Source: Lama guanicoe
Taxonomy: Eukaryota
Direction: 5' to 3'
DNA: 64,000 bases
Assembly: GCA_013239625.1 (NCBI GenBank)
Contig: MU053385.1
Coordinates: 94,958-158,957 of the forward strand
Each line of letters begins with the position of its first letter. Position 1 is the first letter of the stretch. Below, one piece after another: positions 51,447 to 63,460 of the stretch. A program made the translations under genes and the position numbers. Below the pieces are notes generated by a model. The model did no database searches. It saw only the letters and a list, made by a program, of their open reading frames with translations, and had not been told where the DNA came from.

Positions 51447-51544
51447 TTTTTTTTTTCTTTTAAAGAGAGGTACTGGGGATTAAACCCAGGACTTCATGCA
51501 TGCTAGGCACGTGCTCTACCACTGACTATACGCCCCCCACCCCC
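51447..51544 (-). mobile_element. tRNA-derived SINE (vic-1-like)
   Basis: ggggattaaacccaggacttcatgcatgctaggcacgtgctctaccactg with poly-T; TSD cagca(t/g)tccca at 51436 and 51545. Confidence 0.8.
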
Positions 51545-51729
51545 CAGCAGTCCCAATTTTAATGCCACAGAAACACTGCTTCTTCTCATTCCCACCTTCC
51601 AAGGGCATCAGGGAACCTGAATGATATACAGCAGCCTTGCTTCTCTAGAGCCCGCACGTGGCCCTTGGGGCAAAGGCAGCATGCCCAGCCTGGCCTCACC
51701 CCACAGGGGACGTTCCCCTACTTGTAACG

Positions 51730-52260
51730 AAGGATGGAAAGTAAGAGCGAATCTCATCCAGTCCTCTCTGGAGAGGAAACCCTTTTGGAAAGCAGTTCAG
51801 CAATAAGAATCAAAAGCCTTAAAATTGTTTATACTTTGGTCCATTAATTTAACTTTCTGTGAACTATCCTAAGAAAAAATCCAAAATAATGAAAGTAAGT
51901 ATAAATATGTCCTTTGAGGAAAAAGTTATAAACCACGCAGATGATCAACCATAGGGAAATGTCTGAGCAAGCATGGTATAGTCACACGCTGATTAGGCAG
52001 CCATTCAGAACGCTGCCTTCAGGGTCACAGTTCCCTATGAGAACACAGGGAAATGCTTATGTTACACTGTAAAGTGGAAAAACTTAGATTGTAAACACGT
52101 GTACATTCTTTATCTCAACTAAGTTAAAATGCATTAAAATACCGGATGTTTACATTTGCATGTGGATGGTAGAATTGTGCTTTTCTTCCTGTGGTTTGCT
52201 TTTTTTGAACTTTCTAGAAAACACATCTCTTTCATAAACTTTATAATCATATTCGTCTGT
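51730..52260 (+). mobile_element. Old LINE-1 (L1M-type) 3' fragment
   Basis: AT-rich; ctttctgtgaactatcctaag, catggtatagtcacac and gaaatgcttatgtta motifs. Confidence 0.5.
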
Positions 52261-53571
52261 TATTACGAACTTCGCTTCCCCCAGACTCAGCCGTGCTCTC
52301 TGCCTTGGTTTTGAGAACTCCTGGTGAAGAAGCCACACCCAGCACAGGCACCTTGGCTGTTGGTGGAGCTGACCCTGCCCTGTCTGGGCACCCACGTGGG
52401 CCTCCTGCTCTTCCCCTGTGAACCCTGGCCCCTGGCCCCTCTCCCTCCTCCTCCCACTCCGGAGAACCCTGCTCACCTGGTGTCTTCCCTGAGAGCCAAA
52501 GTGCAGCACGGTCTCCAGGGAACCTCGGGTCCTTTCAACTGGGGATGTGGGGGCCAGCGGCCACCCCGAGGGAGAGGTCAGAAGGACAAGTTCACCAAGC
52601 TTGCCCCAGGTGAAATTCCACAGGCAGGAGCGAGCACTGCTCACCCTCACGTGGGGAATCTGTCCTCCCAGCCCCGATGGCCTGAAGTGGCCAGAGACCC
52701 TCTGTGTCCTGCTGAGGACGCTGCTGTGGGGCGTGCAGCCAGGTCAGCTAGGGCTGGGGCCTCCCGAGTCCTTTCCAGGCTGTTTCCAGGCGCTTCTCCA
52801 GCTGACACGTCCTCTCTGGGGCTGCAGACCTCCCTGGCCCCAGGTCCTGCAGGGGAGACCCCTCTCCCAGGTTCGGCCTCTGCCTCTCTGGTCTGCAGGA
52901 AGCTGGCCATGACTGGCATACCAGGATGGCAGTGGGGTGGGGAACCCAGGCCCCTGATGTCCTCACCCTAGGGACACTTCCATCTCCCTGCTGCCCCCCA
53001 CCAATGCCTCTGGGCCTAAAATTTCCACCAGTTCCTGTTTTCTGTCTTAGGGAGCAGAGAGCTGATCTTGGCTCTGCAGTCCCCAGTCCTCACCACCCTG
53101 AGAAAACTCCCAAGTGGCAGGTGTGGCGGGTGGAGTTCTCTGTAACCCCTCACCTTTACAGATTTACCACTCCAGTGGAAAATAGCAGTCATTGTTCCTT
53201 TACAAGTCCACAGCTTTTTTTCACTTCCCTGCCGGGGAAGCATTTCTGCCAATACTTACTCTATTTACCACCATAGATGTGTCCTGCAGGCCTAAGGAAA
53301 CCTTGGGATCAGAGGCCAGGCCACGCCCACATGAACTTCCACCTGGCTCTTTGAGGTGTGGTTTGGGGACTCCAGCTATCCCTGAGCAGGGCCAGATCAG
53401 GCCACCTTTAAAGTCCCTGGCCTCACTCTGGCAGCTGAGGAAGGTCAGGGTCTCTGCGCCCTCCCTCAGGTGTGGGGGACCCCGAGGTCCGGCTGTCTGG
53501 GGCAGCCCCACACGTCCCCAGGACCACAGTGGACCATGTCCTCAAAGCTGTTCTACGACTCGTCACTCCTG

Positions 53572-53936
53572 TGTCAACCTTAAAAATGAAATAGCCAACA
53601 GTTAATTTTACCAGCAAATTGAGTTTATCCAGGAATGGCAAAGCAATTGCAGCTCTGGAAACACAAACTATGACCAACTACAGGTAAGTCTGGAGAGGGA
53701 CTGTGGCTTCACTGGGAGGGGCTGCTTTGAACTGGAGGGTGGGGGCAGGGAGAGTGCAGGCTGCCCCTCGCGGCTGCGTGGTGGTAGTTCTCACTGGCTG
53801 GGCTGTTGCTGGCAGGATGACAGGGGGCTTAAGTGTCATCCTGCCCTGGAATGTAAAGTAAGGTACAGGCACGAGAGCGCCCCCTTCAGGGCTCCCCGAC
53901 TGCTTTAAATCAGGTTTCCCTTTATTAATTTTCACA
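53572..53936 (-). mobile_element. Solo ERV1 LTR related to the provirus LTRs
   Basis: On minus strand TGTGAAAATTAATAAAG...GATAAACTCAATTTGCTGGTAAAATTAACT...AAGGTTGACA; perfect 4-bp TSD CCTG (53568-53571 and 53937-53940). Confidence 0.85.
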
Positions 53937-55254
53937 CCTGCCACCTGGCCACTTGAGCCACAAACTATGATGGGACTTGGAGGTGCCCTGCCCCCTCACG
54001 CTTGGGCCTGTCTCCAAGTCTTGCAGTGGGAGGGGTGAGAGAGGCTGAAGCATAGTGGTCTGGACAGGGACCGCAGGGAGGTGAGACCTAGCTATCAGGC
54101 CCCAGGTGCAGTGCTGCAGGTGGAGGGGTCCCTGCAGAGTGCGCAGCTCTGGGGGAGGAGAAGGGGCTGCGCATGTGAGTCTCCAACATTTCTGTGCCTC
54201 AGTTCCTTATCTCTAAACCGGAGAGAAAAACAAAACCTGAGGGATGTAAAGACGACAGTAATTGCCACCTGCAAAGCTCTTGGGAGCTCTCCTTGGCACG
54301 TGGCCAGCGCTCCGGAGTCCAGCCCCCGGCAGAGGGTGCCTGCCCCGCCTCAGGCCTGGCCTTGCCCCTACGTGGCCACACCCCACCTCACCCCCAGTCC
54401 CACCCCTCCAGTCCCACTCCTGCCACCCCAGCTGGTCCTGAGTCCAGGGCAGCACCCTCGACCCCAGGGTACGTCTCCACCCTGGGCCTCTGCACCACGG
54501 GGAGGTGGCCGTGGCCCCACTCGGCCTCAGGAGTTGGGCGCAGTTTGGGGGAAATACCTGTCCCTAGGAAATTATACCAACGGCACCAAGATGCACCTGG
54601 AATGTGAGTCCCGCCCCTGGGTGGGATAAGAGGGGCCCTGAAGGATGGCTCCAGGCCCCAAGGGCAGGAGAGGTGGGAACCAGGCCTTTGGGGTGCTTGC
54701 TTGAAACATGGGGTGGGCAGAAGGGGCCTTCTCTGGGCACTTCCTGATCAGGGGTTCAGCATCACAGCCCTGGGCAAAGTGGGTTCCAATGCATCAGTCT
54801 GTGTAGACCAGCGCCATGGGGACCACATGTCCCAGTCCCCTAAAATGCAGCCAGGTGATGCCAACCTCATCAAGACTCCCTATGGCTTTCAGGATGGAGA
54901 CCAATGTCCAGCCCCAGCTTCCTCTCCAGCCTCACTTCCACTCACTGGCACATACACTTATACATACACTTGAGGATGGCCACAGTGAAACTGACTGCAG
55001 GCACCCTGGAGACCCCAAGTTGATGCGGCCCTGGGATAGGGGTGGGCCCAGAGGCAGGCAGAGGGCATCAGCCAGGCCTGGGAAGTCAGAACAGCACACC
55101 TCCTGGGGCCGGCATTTCCTGGCACATCTGTTGGACTGTGGACTATTCAGAGACCACACATTGTGGTCAAGAGCTGAGACTCAGAGTCACATCACAGTCA
55201 GGCCCCAGGCCTGCTGGGAGGGGCTGCAAAGGTGGAGCCAGGAAAATACATATA

Positions 55255-55735
55255 TGTATGTTAATAACAGCTTTATTGCGGTATAATTCACATATAATGC
55301 AATTTACGTATTTAGAGTGTGCAGTTCAGTAGTATTTAGTATATCCATAGACACATACAACCATCATCACAGTCAATTTTAGAATATTTTCATGGCCCTG
55401 CAAAGAAACCCAGTACCCTTTGGCAGTCACTCCCCATTCCCTTCCCAGCCTGTGGTGACCACTAATGTCTCCATGATTTGCCAATTCTGGACCTTTCATA
55501 TAAGTTGATCACATGATATGCAGTCTTTTGTGACTGGTTTATTTCACTTAGCGTAATGTTTTCGAGCATAATTTACAACAGTCCGTGTTGCAGCACGTGT
55601 CAGAACTCCATTCCTCTTATGGTCAAACGGGTTTCCACTGTGTGGATACACCACGTTTTGGGCATGCATTCGCCAGTCGGTGGACATTAGGTTGCTTCCC
55701 CTTTTAGCTATTATGAATTACGCTGCTGTGAACAT
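55255..55735 (-). mobile_element. Old LINE-1 3' end (L1M-type), interrupted by the provirus and resuming at about 62437-62555
   Basis: cagctttattgcggtataattcacata...gctgctgtgaacat, continuing ccgtgtacag...tatacctagg...gctgggtcac after the 3' LTR. Confidence 0.8.
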
Positions 55736-57147
55736 TGTGGAATTAATTAAAGAAACTTTGGCTAAAGTTGGAGCTGGGACAGGCCTCCCGGAGGGGGAAG
55801 TCTCTCACGATCACCATGCATCATCAGTTACCCCAAACAGTAAGCGATGTCCCCTACCCCTCTGCCAGGAAGGTGACTCTACGCACAGTCAGTCAGGAAG
55901 AAGGAAGTTTCTCTCCACCAATGACAGCCCAGCCAGCTGGGGACGCAGCAGCCCCGCCCGCAGGAAAGCTCCCTGCTTTGGGCTCCCAGCTCCCCCTGTG
56001 CGCTCTGGGTATTACAGATCCTCCCAGTACCCCCCTTTCCCCGCAAGAGCAAGCTCCCTCGCCTCGTTCTCTGGATGTGCCAGTGGCCCACCGTGATTCA
56101 GACATCTCAAACTGCAGTTCCTCTGCTATTCCTGAATAAACTCACTTTTGCTGGTAAAATAAGTGACTATTTATATTATTGAAGGTAGCGTATTTGGTGT
56201 CAGAAGCGGGATCTGGAGGTGCACCCTGAGAGACGACGTCAACCGAGGCACTTCAACAAGCCCCCGCGCTTACAGCTTCCGTGAGTCACTGCCAGCTTTT
56301 GAGTCTCTTCTCAGATTCGGAGCTCTGTTCTTTTTGTGTCTCGAGCTCTCCCACTTCACTGAGGACGAAGGCTTTGTCCTTGCGGAGGAATGGGTTCGCC
56401 CTTGGTGAGCACCTAGCTGTTTTCGGGGGGGCAGGCCAGTGAGGCCCTCTTTTGGGGATTGAGCTTAGTGGGATCTAAGAGTTTGCGTTATTCCTTTTGG
56501 AATCTGGGCTGGGACTCTAGGAAACTTCTTGGGTTTTCAGCAGAACTTAGGGAAACAGGATCCCGGTCAGCTAAATGCTCTGGGGGCAGCCCTCCTTTGG
56601 GGACTCCAGCTGGCTCCATGTTCAAAATCTATGAACTTCCACAATACACATTTTAAACTAAGTGGGCCAAAGAAACTAAAAGTAATCTAGAATTATAATG
56701 CCCATTATGGGAAACTTTCAATCCCCCCAAACTCATTTTTCTTAAGATTAAGTTGGAGGACTGCAGTCCTAATACTAAACAAAATGAATGATACATTTAT
56801 TTTCATTGGTATCTGGGAGCTTCCAAACACACACAAAACTCTAAAATTGTCTCTTTGCAGATAATGCTTCTAAATAGCTGAAGCAACTGAAAAGCTGGAA
56901 AAGAACCAAATGAAGACTTGTGCTCCTTGTGTTCCTTTGCCTTGGGCACCATATTGTGTGTCTTCTCCATAGCTTTTCTCAGACTCCACCCCTTTATCTT
57001 GGACCCCAACTCTTTATCTCAGACACTACCCCTGACAACATTCTCGTGCTCAGGCCCCACTCCTAATGCCATCTCCATTTCTCCAAATCAACCCCTTTAC
57101 AATCAAACCCTCCAAGAATCCAAATGCTAAACTCCAAATTACTGTTT

Positions 57148-57284
57148 CTGTTTTACTTTGTGGGGGAGGGGGTAGGTAATTAGGTTTAGTTAGTTAGTTA
57201 GTTAGTGGAGATACTGGGAATTGAACCCAGGACCTCATGCATGCTAGACATGCACTCTGCATTGAGCTATATCCTCCCCCTGCC
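57148..57284 (-). mobile_element. tRNA-derived SINE (vic-1-like) nested in the provirus
   Basis: gggaattgaacccaggacctcatgcatgctagacatgcactc; (ttag)n tail; 11-bp TSD AATTACTGTTT (57137-57147 and 57285-57295). Confidence 0.85.
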
Positions 57285-57783
57285 AATTACTGTTTGTAAG
57301 TTAACTAGAGCAAATAACCAGAAAGAAAGATTAAAATAGTAATTGACCTCGATTTTAAGAAAAAAGCTGCAAAGGCCTCCTTCCCCAGGTGCACAGGGTT
57401 TGGGCAGTGCCATGGGGGTGGTCCTAGGGTGCAGATGCCCCCCCCCCGAGAGCGGCCTGCGTCTGCTGTGTGCTCTGCTGTGAGGCCCTAGCAAGGCTGG
57501 GAGTGGGTGTGGGCTCCGGGCCAGGACCCCTAGCAGCAGCCCTGGAGGCTGAGTGCAGTCTCTCCTGGCTGCCGGGCTCCCCAGCTCCCTGCAGTGAAGG
57601 ACCTCAATTTTTGATAACAGAAAATACACTGCAAAACTCCTAGGAAAAACACATTCTGTTTTTGTCTGTCTGTTGAAGCCTTTTGGCCCTAAGTCCCCCA
57701 TCCTGTTCAAAAGCGGGAACCTTTGTTTTAAATTCGTGCTCCTTAAGGTGCACCCATAAAAGAGAGGGCTCCAAACCTCTCAG

Positions 57784-58191
57784 TGTTACGGAAATGACAG
57801 GCCAGCCAAGAAACAAGCACCACTCGGAGGGTTGGAGTACTCAGATTTATTACGCCGGCGGGCTCAGAGGGGCTTCTGCTCCGAAGCTCTGAGCACCTCC
57901 AAGACGTGCACATGAGGTTTTATAGGGTTAATTACAAGTATGGGCTATTAGCCAATAAGGCTCAAACAACAAAAAGCAAGGAATCAGTACACTGGAGCTT
58001 ATCAATTCGGAACAGATCACGTTACTGACACTTGTTTAGCTTGGATTTACGAGTTAGCTTGTTAGCCCAGTAAACTGACACTAAACTTTAGATTTACAAG
58101 TTAGCCCGGCAGAACTTATATCAGTAATCCGACACTTGTTGCACTTAGATTTGTGACTTAGCTGTTAGCCCAGCTGGGCTTTTCCTTCACA
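57784..58191 (-). mobile_element. Younger solo LTR of a different ERV family nested in the provirus
   Basis: TG...CA ends; perfect TSD TCAG (57780-57783 and 58192-58195); minus-strand AATAAA at 57846-57851; U3-like repeats (gattta...gttagc). Confidence 0.8.
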
Positions 58192-60357
58192 TCAGGAGAC
58201 CATGCAGTGCATTCCTTGATTGTATGCAGAAGCTGCTGAAAGACAAACTGACTCAAAAAACAGCTCTCAAAGGATCCTTACAGCAAACAAACGCAGCTTG
58301 GCTCCAACTGTTGAGTTTGTATCTGAGGTGTGACGAAATATAAAACAAAACCATAAGGTCCCTATCTGCCTCTGTCTATATACTCGTGTGTGTGTGTCTA
58401 CATGTGTGTATATATGTGCTGAAGATGTGTGTTTTTAACCTACCTCCAGATGGTATTGCTAAAATTCATTTGTAAAAGAGCTCTATTTAATTGGCTTAAA
58501 AACGAACAAGCACTTATGTAAATTCAAACGTAACAGAGGGGGGCCCGGTTACGTGATCGGGGATAATGTTGGTGAATTAAAGCTAGTTTGGGGTTGTTGG
58601 TTTAATTAAAACAGGCATGTCTTTCGCGTTATCAATGCTGAAAATAGTGTAGGCATACAATTGTGGTTCTACCTGGGTTTGGTGGCCAGATAAGTTCATG
58701 TTATCTTTGTTACCAAATTTGTCAGCAAAAAACAAAAAACAAAACAAAACCAAAAAAAAACTTGGTATGATAACAATTTTTCATAAGTGATCAAAAATGA
58801 CCCCTGTGGACAAGGGAATTGAATGGGTGTGGGAACGAGGCTTTCTCAGGCTGAAGGTCCACTTCTGATAAGAGGTTGTGAAAGGGTTTCCTTATCTTTC
58901 AGTAATCTGCTTAGAAAACTAAGATTTGTGTTTTACCAAAATTATTTCCCGGGTTTCCTGTTGTCTTACTCAAGTCTCTGATTACTTAAGAAAACAGAAT
59001 CTTCTCAGTAGTAACTTTTGTTCACAACTATGTAACCTTTTCTATTTGCCTTAGAAATCTTTTATTGCTATTATGGCCAAAGAGAAACATCATTTCATAA
59101 TGATCTGTGGTTCTGTTTGGTCAGCTGTCCAAAACTTTGATAATTTTTCACAAACTTCCCCCAAATCGGGTTCTAAATGAAGTTTTTCTGGCCTTGAACC
59201 AATTCTGGGCTCTTCCAGAGGGCCCCTGGAGAATCTCGAAGGATTTCTCTCTCACTAGGTAATGTGCTAAACTAGCCAGCCTTTTTGATATGCTGGGTTA
59301 CATAGGAGGCTTGTCAAATAAGTAGGAACACTAAGTTCTTACCTCATGTCTGAATAGATGCATGTTAATGTAAGTGTTCCAAAATTGTGTGAGATTTCTG
59401 AGATTCTGAGATGTCTTGATATGTTATCAGTCATAATTTTAAGTTGTATGTGGCAGAGATAAGCAGACCCCCTTATTAATTCCATTACAATGACCTTTCA
59501 TGAGGCCTTTAATAATGAGCATTTTCAAGTCTCTTTGTCTTTCATGGACAGTTACTGCTTTACTCTGAAGCTTTTGCAAATGTGTTTCACCTTCAGAGAA
59601 ATTCATGGAAAGGACCGACAGGCACTCTGGAATACAGGTTTTGGATAACTCCAAGATCATAAGACTGAACTAGGTAAGAATTTATAAACTTCTAATGGAA
59701 AACTGGTTGCTGTAACATTTTGTTTTCCTGATGTCAAGGATCCCTTTTCTCCTTTGAAAACTATCTGTAACTTTTAGCAATTTGATAAACTGTATCTTCC
59801 CAACAAAGACTGAAGCATTTATCTCTTTCTCCCTACCTGATTCTGCAAGTTTTGAAATGCTTATTAAATATTCTTGTTTTTCGTGACAATGTTTGTGTTT
59901 GCATGGGTTCGCTGGGAGTCTGTTCTCACTGTAACAGGACACCCAAGGCACGTGGCCCTGCTTCTTCTGATCCACAGCCGAGAAAGGGAGACTTACGTCT
60001 GCACGGTAGAGACCTAATTACATCCACAAAAAACAACCACGCTCTGGTAGAGCACTCTTTTCACAGTGTGCTCCCAGAAGGTGAAAGCAAGTCGCCCAGC
60101 CTAAAGCCTGGAGGTTCTGTGCACCAGAAAGGGCATCTCCAAAAGGACTCTCTGTCTAGCCTCACCAGGAGGGCCCCATCAGGTCCTGTTGACTAACCTT
60201 TGTGCTGCCAAAGTCTAAGGAGTAGATTCCCGAATCCATGTGTTGCGTCCAAAGAAGGCACCAAACCTCAACTGGGCTTGTGTGCCGTCTGGCAAGCTGA
60301 AGATGAAGCCCACTAGGACCCAGGGAGACGACGTCTGAGGCTGGCAGCTTCCCCAAG

Positions 60358-61746
60358 GTGCCGGGCCTGTCTGTCTTTCTTTCAATACTGGCCCTCACCT
60401 TGTTTCTTCCCTCCCTTCCATGGAAGGACAATGCCCTTGTCCATATTTCTCAATCCCTGGAGAAAGGGGGAACCTCTCTGATCACTGGATTTGTCCAGGA
60501 AAGCAATGGCCCTTTGGTTCACTTTATAAGTAACTTCACCAGGGTTCCAACTGCTGTTGTGTGTCCAAGTTCTTCTGTAGGCTCGTTTTATAGAGTCAGT
60601 GTGCCAAGCCCACCTAAACTTATTTCTTGCTTCAATTTGACCCTACTCTGGGATGGGAAAAATAAATTGTTTGAATATTTGCATGAAAAGTTCTGTGGAG
60701 CTGCCAATGCAAGTAACATCATCTGTAAACTTGCTAATGTGTGTGTTTGTTTGTTTGTTTCTAGTTGGTACAAGGTATTTCTTTTTTTTAACTTTTTTAT
60801 TGAGTTATAGTCATTTTACAATGTTGTGTCAAATTCCAGTGTAGAGCACAATTTTTCAGTTGCACGTGAACATACATATACTCATTGTAAACTTGCTAAC
60901 TAACATGTTTATATGTGGGGTACTCTGTGTGTACAACCTACCGTCTGAGCCTTGGCCAGGTGACACCATCACGTCTCTGCAGTGAGGCAGTACTCTCCCG
61001 TGTTTGGGGCTTTATGCACACCCCTGGTTATACCTTCTCGCGTGGAAGTTTGGGGAATGGCCTCCATGCATGGATGCCCGGTTGCCTTGATGGCTGGAGA
61101 ATGCAGGGTTGTGTGCCCTGCCGTGTTCACTGTCCTGTCCTCCCTACTTCACTGGACAGAAGCCTTGCTTTTGTCCATCCCATTGAACCTCCATAGCCAC
61201 CTTAATTGAGAACTTTCAGGAGGCATACACCATTCTGGCTTTGCCCCTGTAGGGATGTTTTCTTCCACGAATTAGAGTGAGCACCAATGAACAGGTGATC
61301 AGAAATCTCTCCTCACCCCTAGGAGAGCTCGATGACTCCACAGCCAGTGCAGTTTCAGCTCAGTGCACTCACCTGACTCATTGGCCAAGGTGGTTCTGGA
61401 TTATCATGTAGCCTGTGCTTACCTGCTTGCTGAGCAAGGAGGTGTCTGTGCCATAACAAATGCCTATTGCTACACGTGGACAGATGCCTCTGGGGAGGAG
61501 AGACCCAGTTACATAAAATTAGAGCAAGCACATTGGCTGCAGCAAATTGCACCTGACAACCCACTGTCTTTTTATTTATTCAGCTGGATACCTTCAGGGC
61601 TGGACTCCTGGCTTAGCACCATTTTGGAAACTGGGTTTACTGTGTTGTTTTTAATTCTGCTCTGTACACTGATTCTGCAGTATACTGCACCTACTATTTG
61701 TCAAATCTTTGGGAAAATGACATACCTAATGCGATCGCGGCGCTAA
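60358..61746 (+). pseudogene. Decayed gamma-type retroviral env (signal peptide/SU fragment and TM subunit)
   Basis: Hydrophobic leader GLSVFLSILALTLFLPSLPWKDN; TM subunit SLAKVVLDYHVACAYLLAEQGGVCAITNAYCYTW (degenerate ISD and CX6CC) and membrane anchor; broken by frameshifts and an L1 insert. Confidence 0.85.
60738..60885 (-). mobile_element. 5'-truncated L1 3' end with two A-rich tails, inserted in env
   Basis: 14-bp TSD TGTAAACTTGCTAA (60724-60737 and 60886-60899); L1 3' terminus tttattgagttatagtcattttacaatgttgtg. Confidence 0.8.
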
Positions 61747-62699
61747 CTCACTGCTTTGAAGTAATTTCTAGCACTTACAACCGTTTACCTAAATATGGAC
61801 TTTTAAGAAGAAATTCCTGAGGGTTCTCCCTACTACCTTTACTTGCTACTCAGATGCTGCCTCATGAGGTTTCTGATTTACGTGCTCTGCCTCTGACATG
61901 GGACATGATGACCAGAAAAGGTCCTTCCTGGCACTGAGGGACAAAACCACCGCATACAGAGGTCCTGACTCTTGACTGGTGATCCTCCTGAGGTAGGATC
62001 TTCATCAAAAGGGGAAAATGTGGAATTAAGGAAATTAGGCCACAGTTGGAGTCAGGACAGCCCTGTAAGGGGAGCTCTCACACCTGCCACGCATCCTCAA
62101 TTACTGCAAAGAGAAAAAGAGTCCCCTATGCCTCTGCAGGAAGGCACCTCTACCTACAACCAATCAGGAAGAAGGAAATCCCTCTGCGCCCCAGGACAGC
62201 CCAGCCAATCCAGGCCTGCAGCGGCCCCGCCCACGGGGAGCCTCCGTACTCTGGGCTCCCGGCTCCTGCAGCTCCCCCTTCTCCCTGTAAAGGCAAGTTC
62301 CCTCCCTTGGTCTCTGGATTCGCCTGTGGCCCAGCGCGGTTCGCAGGTCCAGAATTGCCGTTCCTCTGCTATTCCTGAGTGAACCCGCCTTTGCTGGTGA
62401 AGTAACTGGCGGTTTTATTAGCACAGTTGACGACAGCCGTGTACAGCTCTGCGTGGACACGTTTTCGTTTCTCTGGTGAATATACCTAGGCGTGGACGTG
62501 CTGGGTCACACGGTGACTCCTTTTCAGTTGCTGCCGGACTGTTTTTCAGATGGCTCAGGGCTCAGTATTTCTGCCAGGGCCCTGTCTGTGTTAACAACTT
62601 GAGTCAATTTTGAAATTAGCGCGTGTACTCCTTTCTTAAGAACTACCCTCTGGCCACCAAGAGGACCCCATAGGCTAGAGTCCGGAGCCCCCAGTGGAG

Positions 62700-63460
62700 A
62701 CTGGGGTGGGGGGACACGCCTGAGTCTGGCGGGTCAGGAAAGGCCGGGGCGGGAGGGCCTGGGGCGGGGCTCGCGCAAGCCGCCCGGCTAGAGGAGGGTC
62801 TGGGCAGCCCTGCGCTGGGTGCTGAGAGACGCCGCGCCTCCCGCCCGCGCGCTGGTTACCTAGCAACCAGGCAGCATCCCTCCCAGCAAGCACCGCTTCG
62901 AACGCAAGCCACTGGAGACTACGAGTCCCCGCATGCCCCGCGGCCCGGGCGCGCGGACTACAAGTCCCACAACGCGTCGCCTGTCCTCTCCTGGCCGCCC
63001 CCCGCCCCTGCGCTCCCGAGACCCTGCGGAGCGCGCGCGCGACCCCTTCCCGACGCTCCCCGCGCCGAGTGCGGCGCGGTCTCGCGGTGACTCGGGAGCG
63101 TGGGGGCGAGGCCCGGAGGAGCGGCTGGGCCGGGGCGCCATGCGGCGGGGCGAGCGCGGCGGCGCCGAGGGGCAGCGGCCGGGGTCCCCCGTGCCCGTGG
63201 GCAAGGCCTGCCTGGAGGAGCCGCCGGACGGCGCGCCCGCGGGCCGAGCGGGCGGGCCGGGCGCGGGCCGCCGCAGCAACGAGTCCGAGGTCTACGACGA
63301 CGGCACCAACACCTTCTTCTGGTGAGGGACGCGGTTCGCTCCGCTGCCGGGATGAGGGGTGCCCGCGGGACGCGGGGCGGCCCAGCGCCTCCTGTGCGCG
63401 CTGCCCCAGAGGGAGGGCTGGAGGCGAGGGGGACAGGGAACTCGACTCGCGGTCTGCAGA
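62700..63460 (+). promoter_or_regulatory. PTDSS2 CpG-island promoter with an RFX X-box and two ZNF143/THAP11-type motifs
   Basis: GTTACCTAGCAAC 62855-62867; GACTACGAGTCCCCGCATGC at 62917 and GACTACAAGTCCCACAACGC at 62956; GC boxes. Confidence 0.75.
63140..63321 (+). CDS. PTDSS2: Phosphatidylserine synthase 2, coding exon 1 (gene continues beyond the window)
   Basis: gccATG MRRGERGGAEGQRPGSPVP...RRSNESEVYDDGTNTFFW, 182 nt, donor TG|GTGAGG. Confidence 0.95.

Larger units (their letters stand above)
55736..62432 (+). mobile_element. Old class I (ERV1, MER4/MER34-group-like) provirus with both LTRs, internally deleted and decayed
   Basis: 5' LTR 55736-56190; PBS TGGTGTCAGAAGCGGGAT (tRNA-Leu-like) 56195-56212; gag MA remnant about 56555-56830; env remnants 60358-61746; PPT AAAAGGGGAAAA 62007-62018; 3' LTR 62019-62432; imperfect TSD ACAT/ACAG. 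Confidence 0.9.

Noticed and set aside
58020..58175. Spaced direct repeats superficially like a repeat-spacer array
   Set aside because: Degenerate U3-like repeats inside a solo LTR in eukaryotic DNA; not CRISPR
60358..61746. Possible domesticated env (syncytin- or HEMO-like) gene
   Set aside because: Frameshifts, stops, an L1 insertion and a degenerate ISD/CX6CC; no continuous ORF
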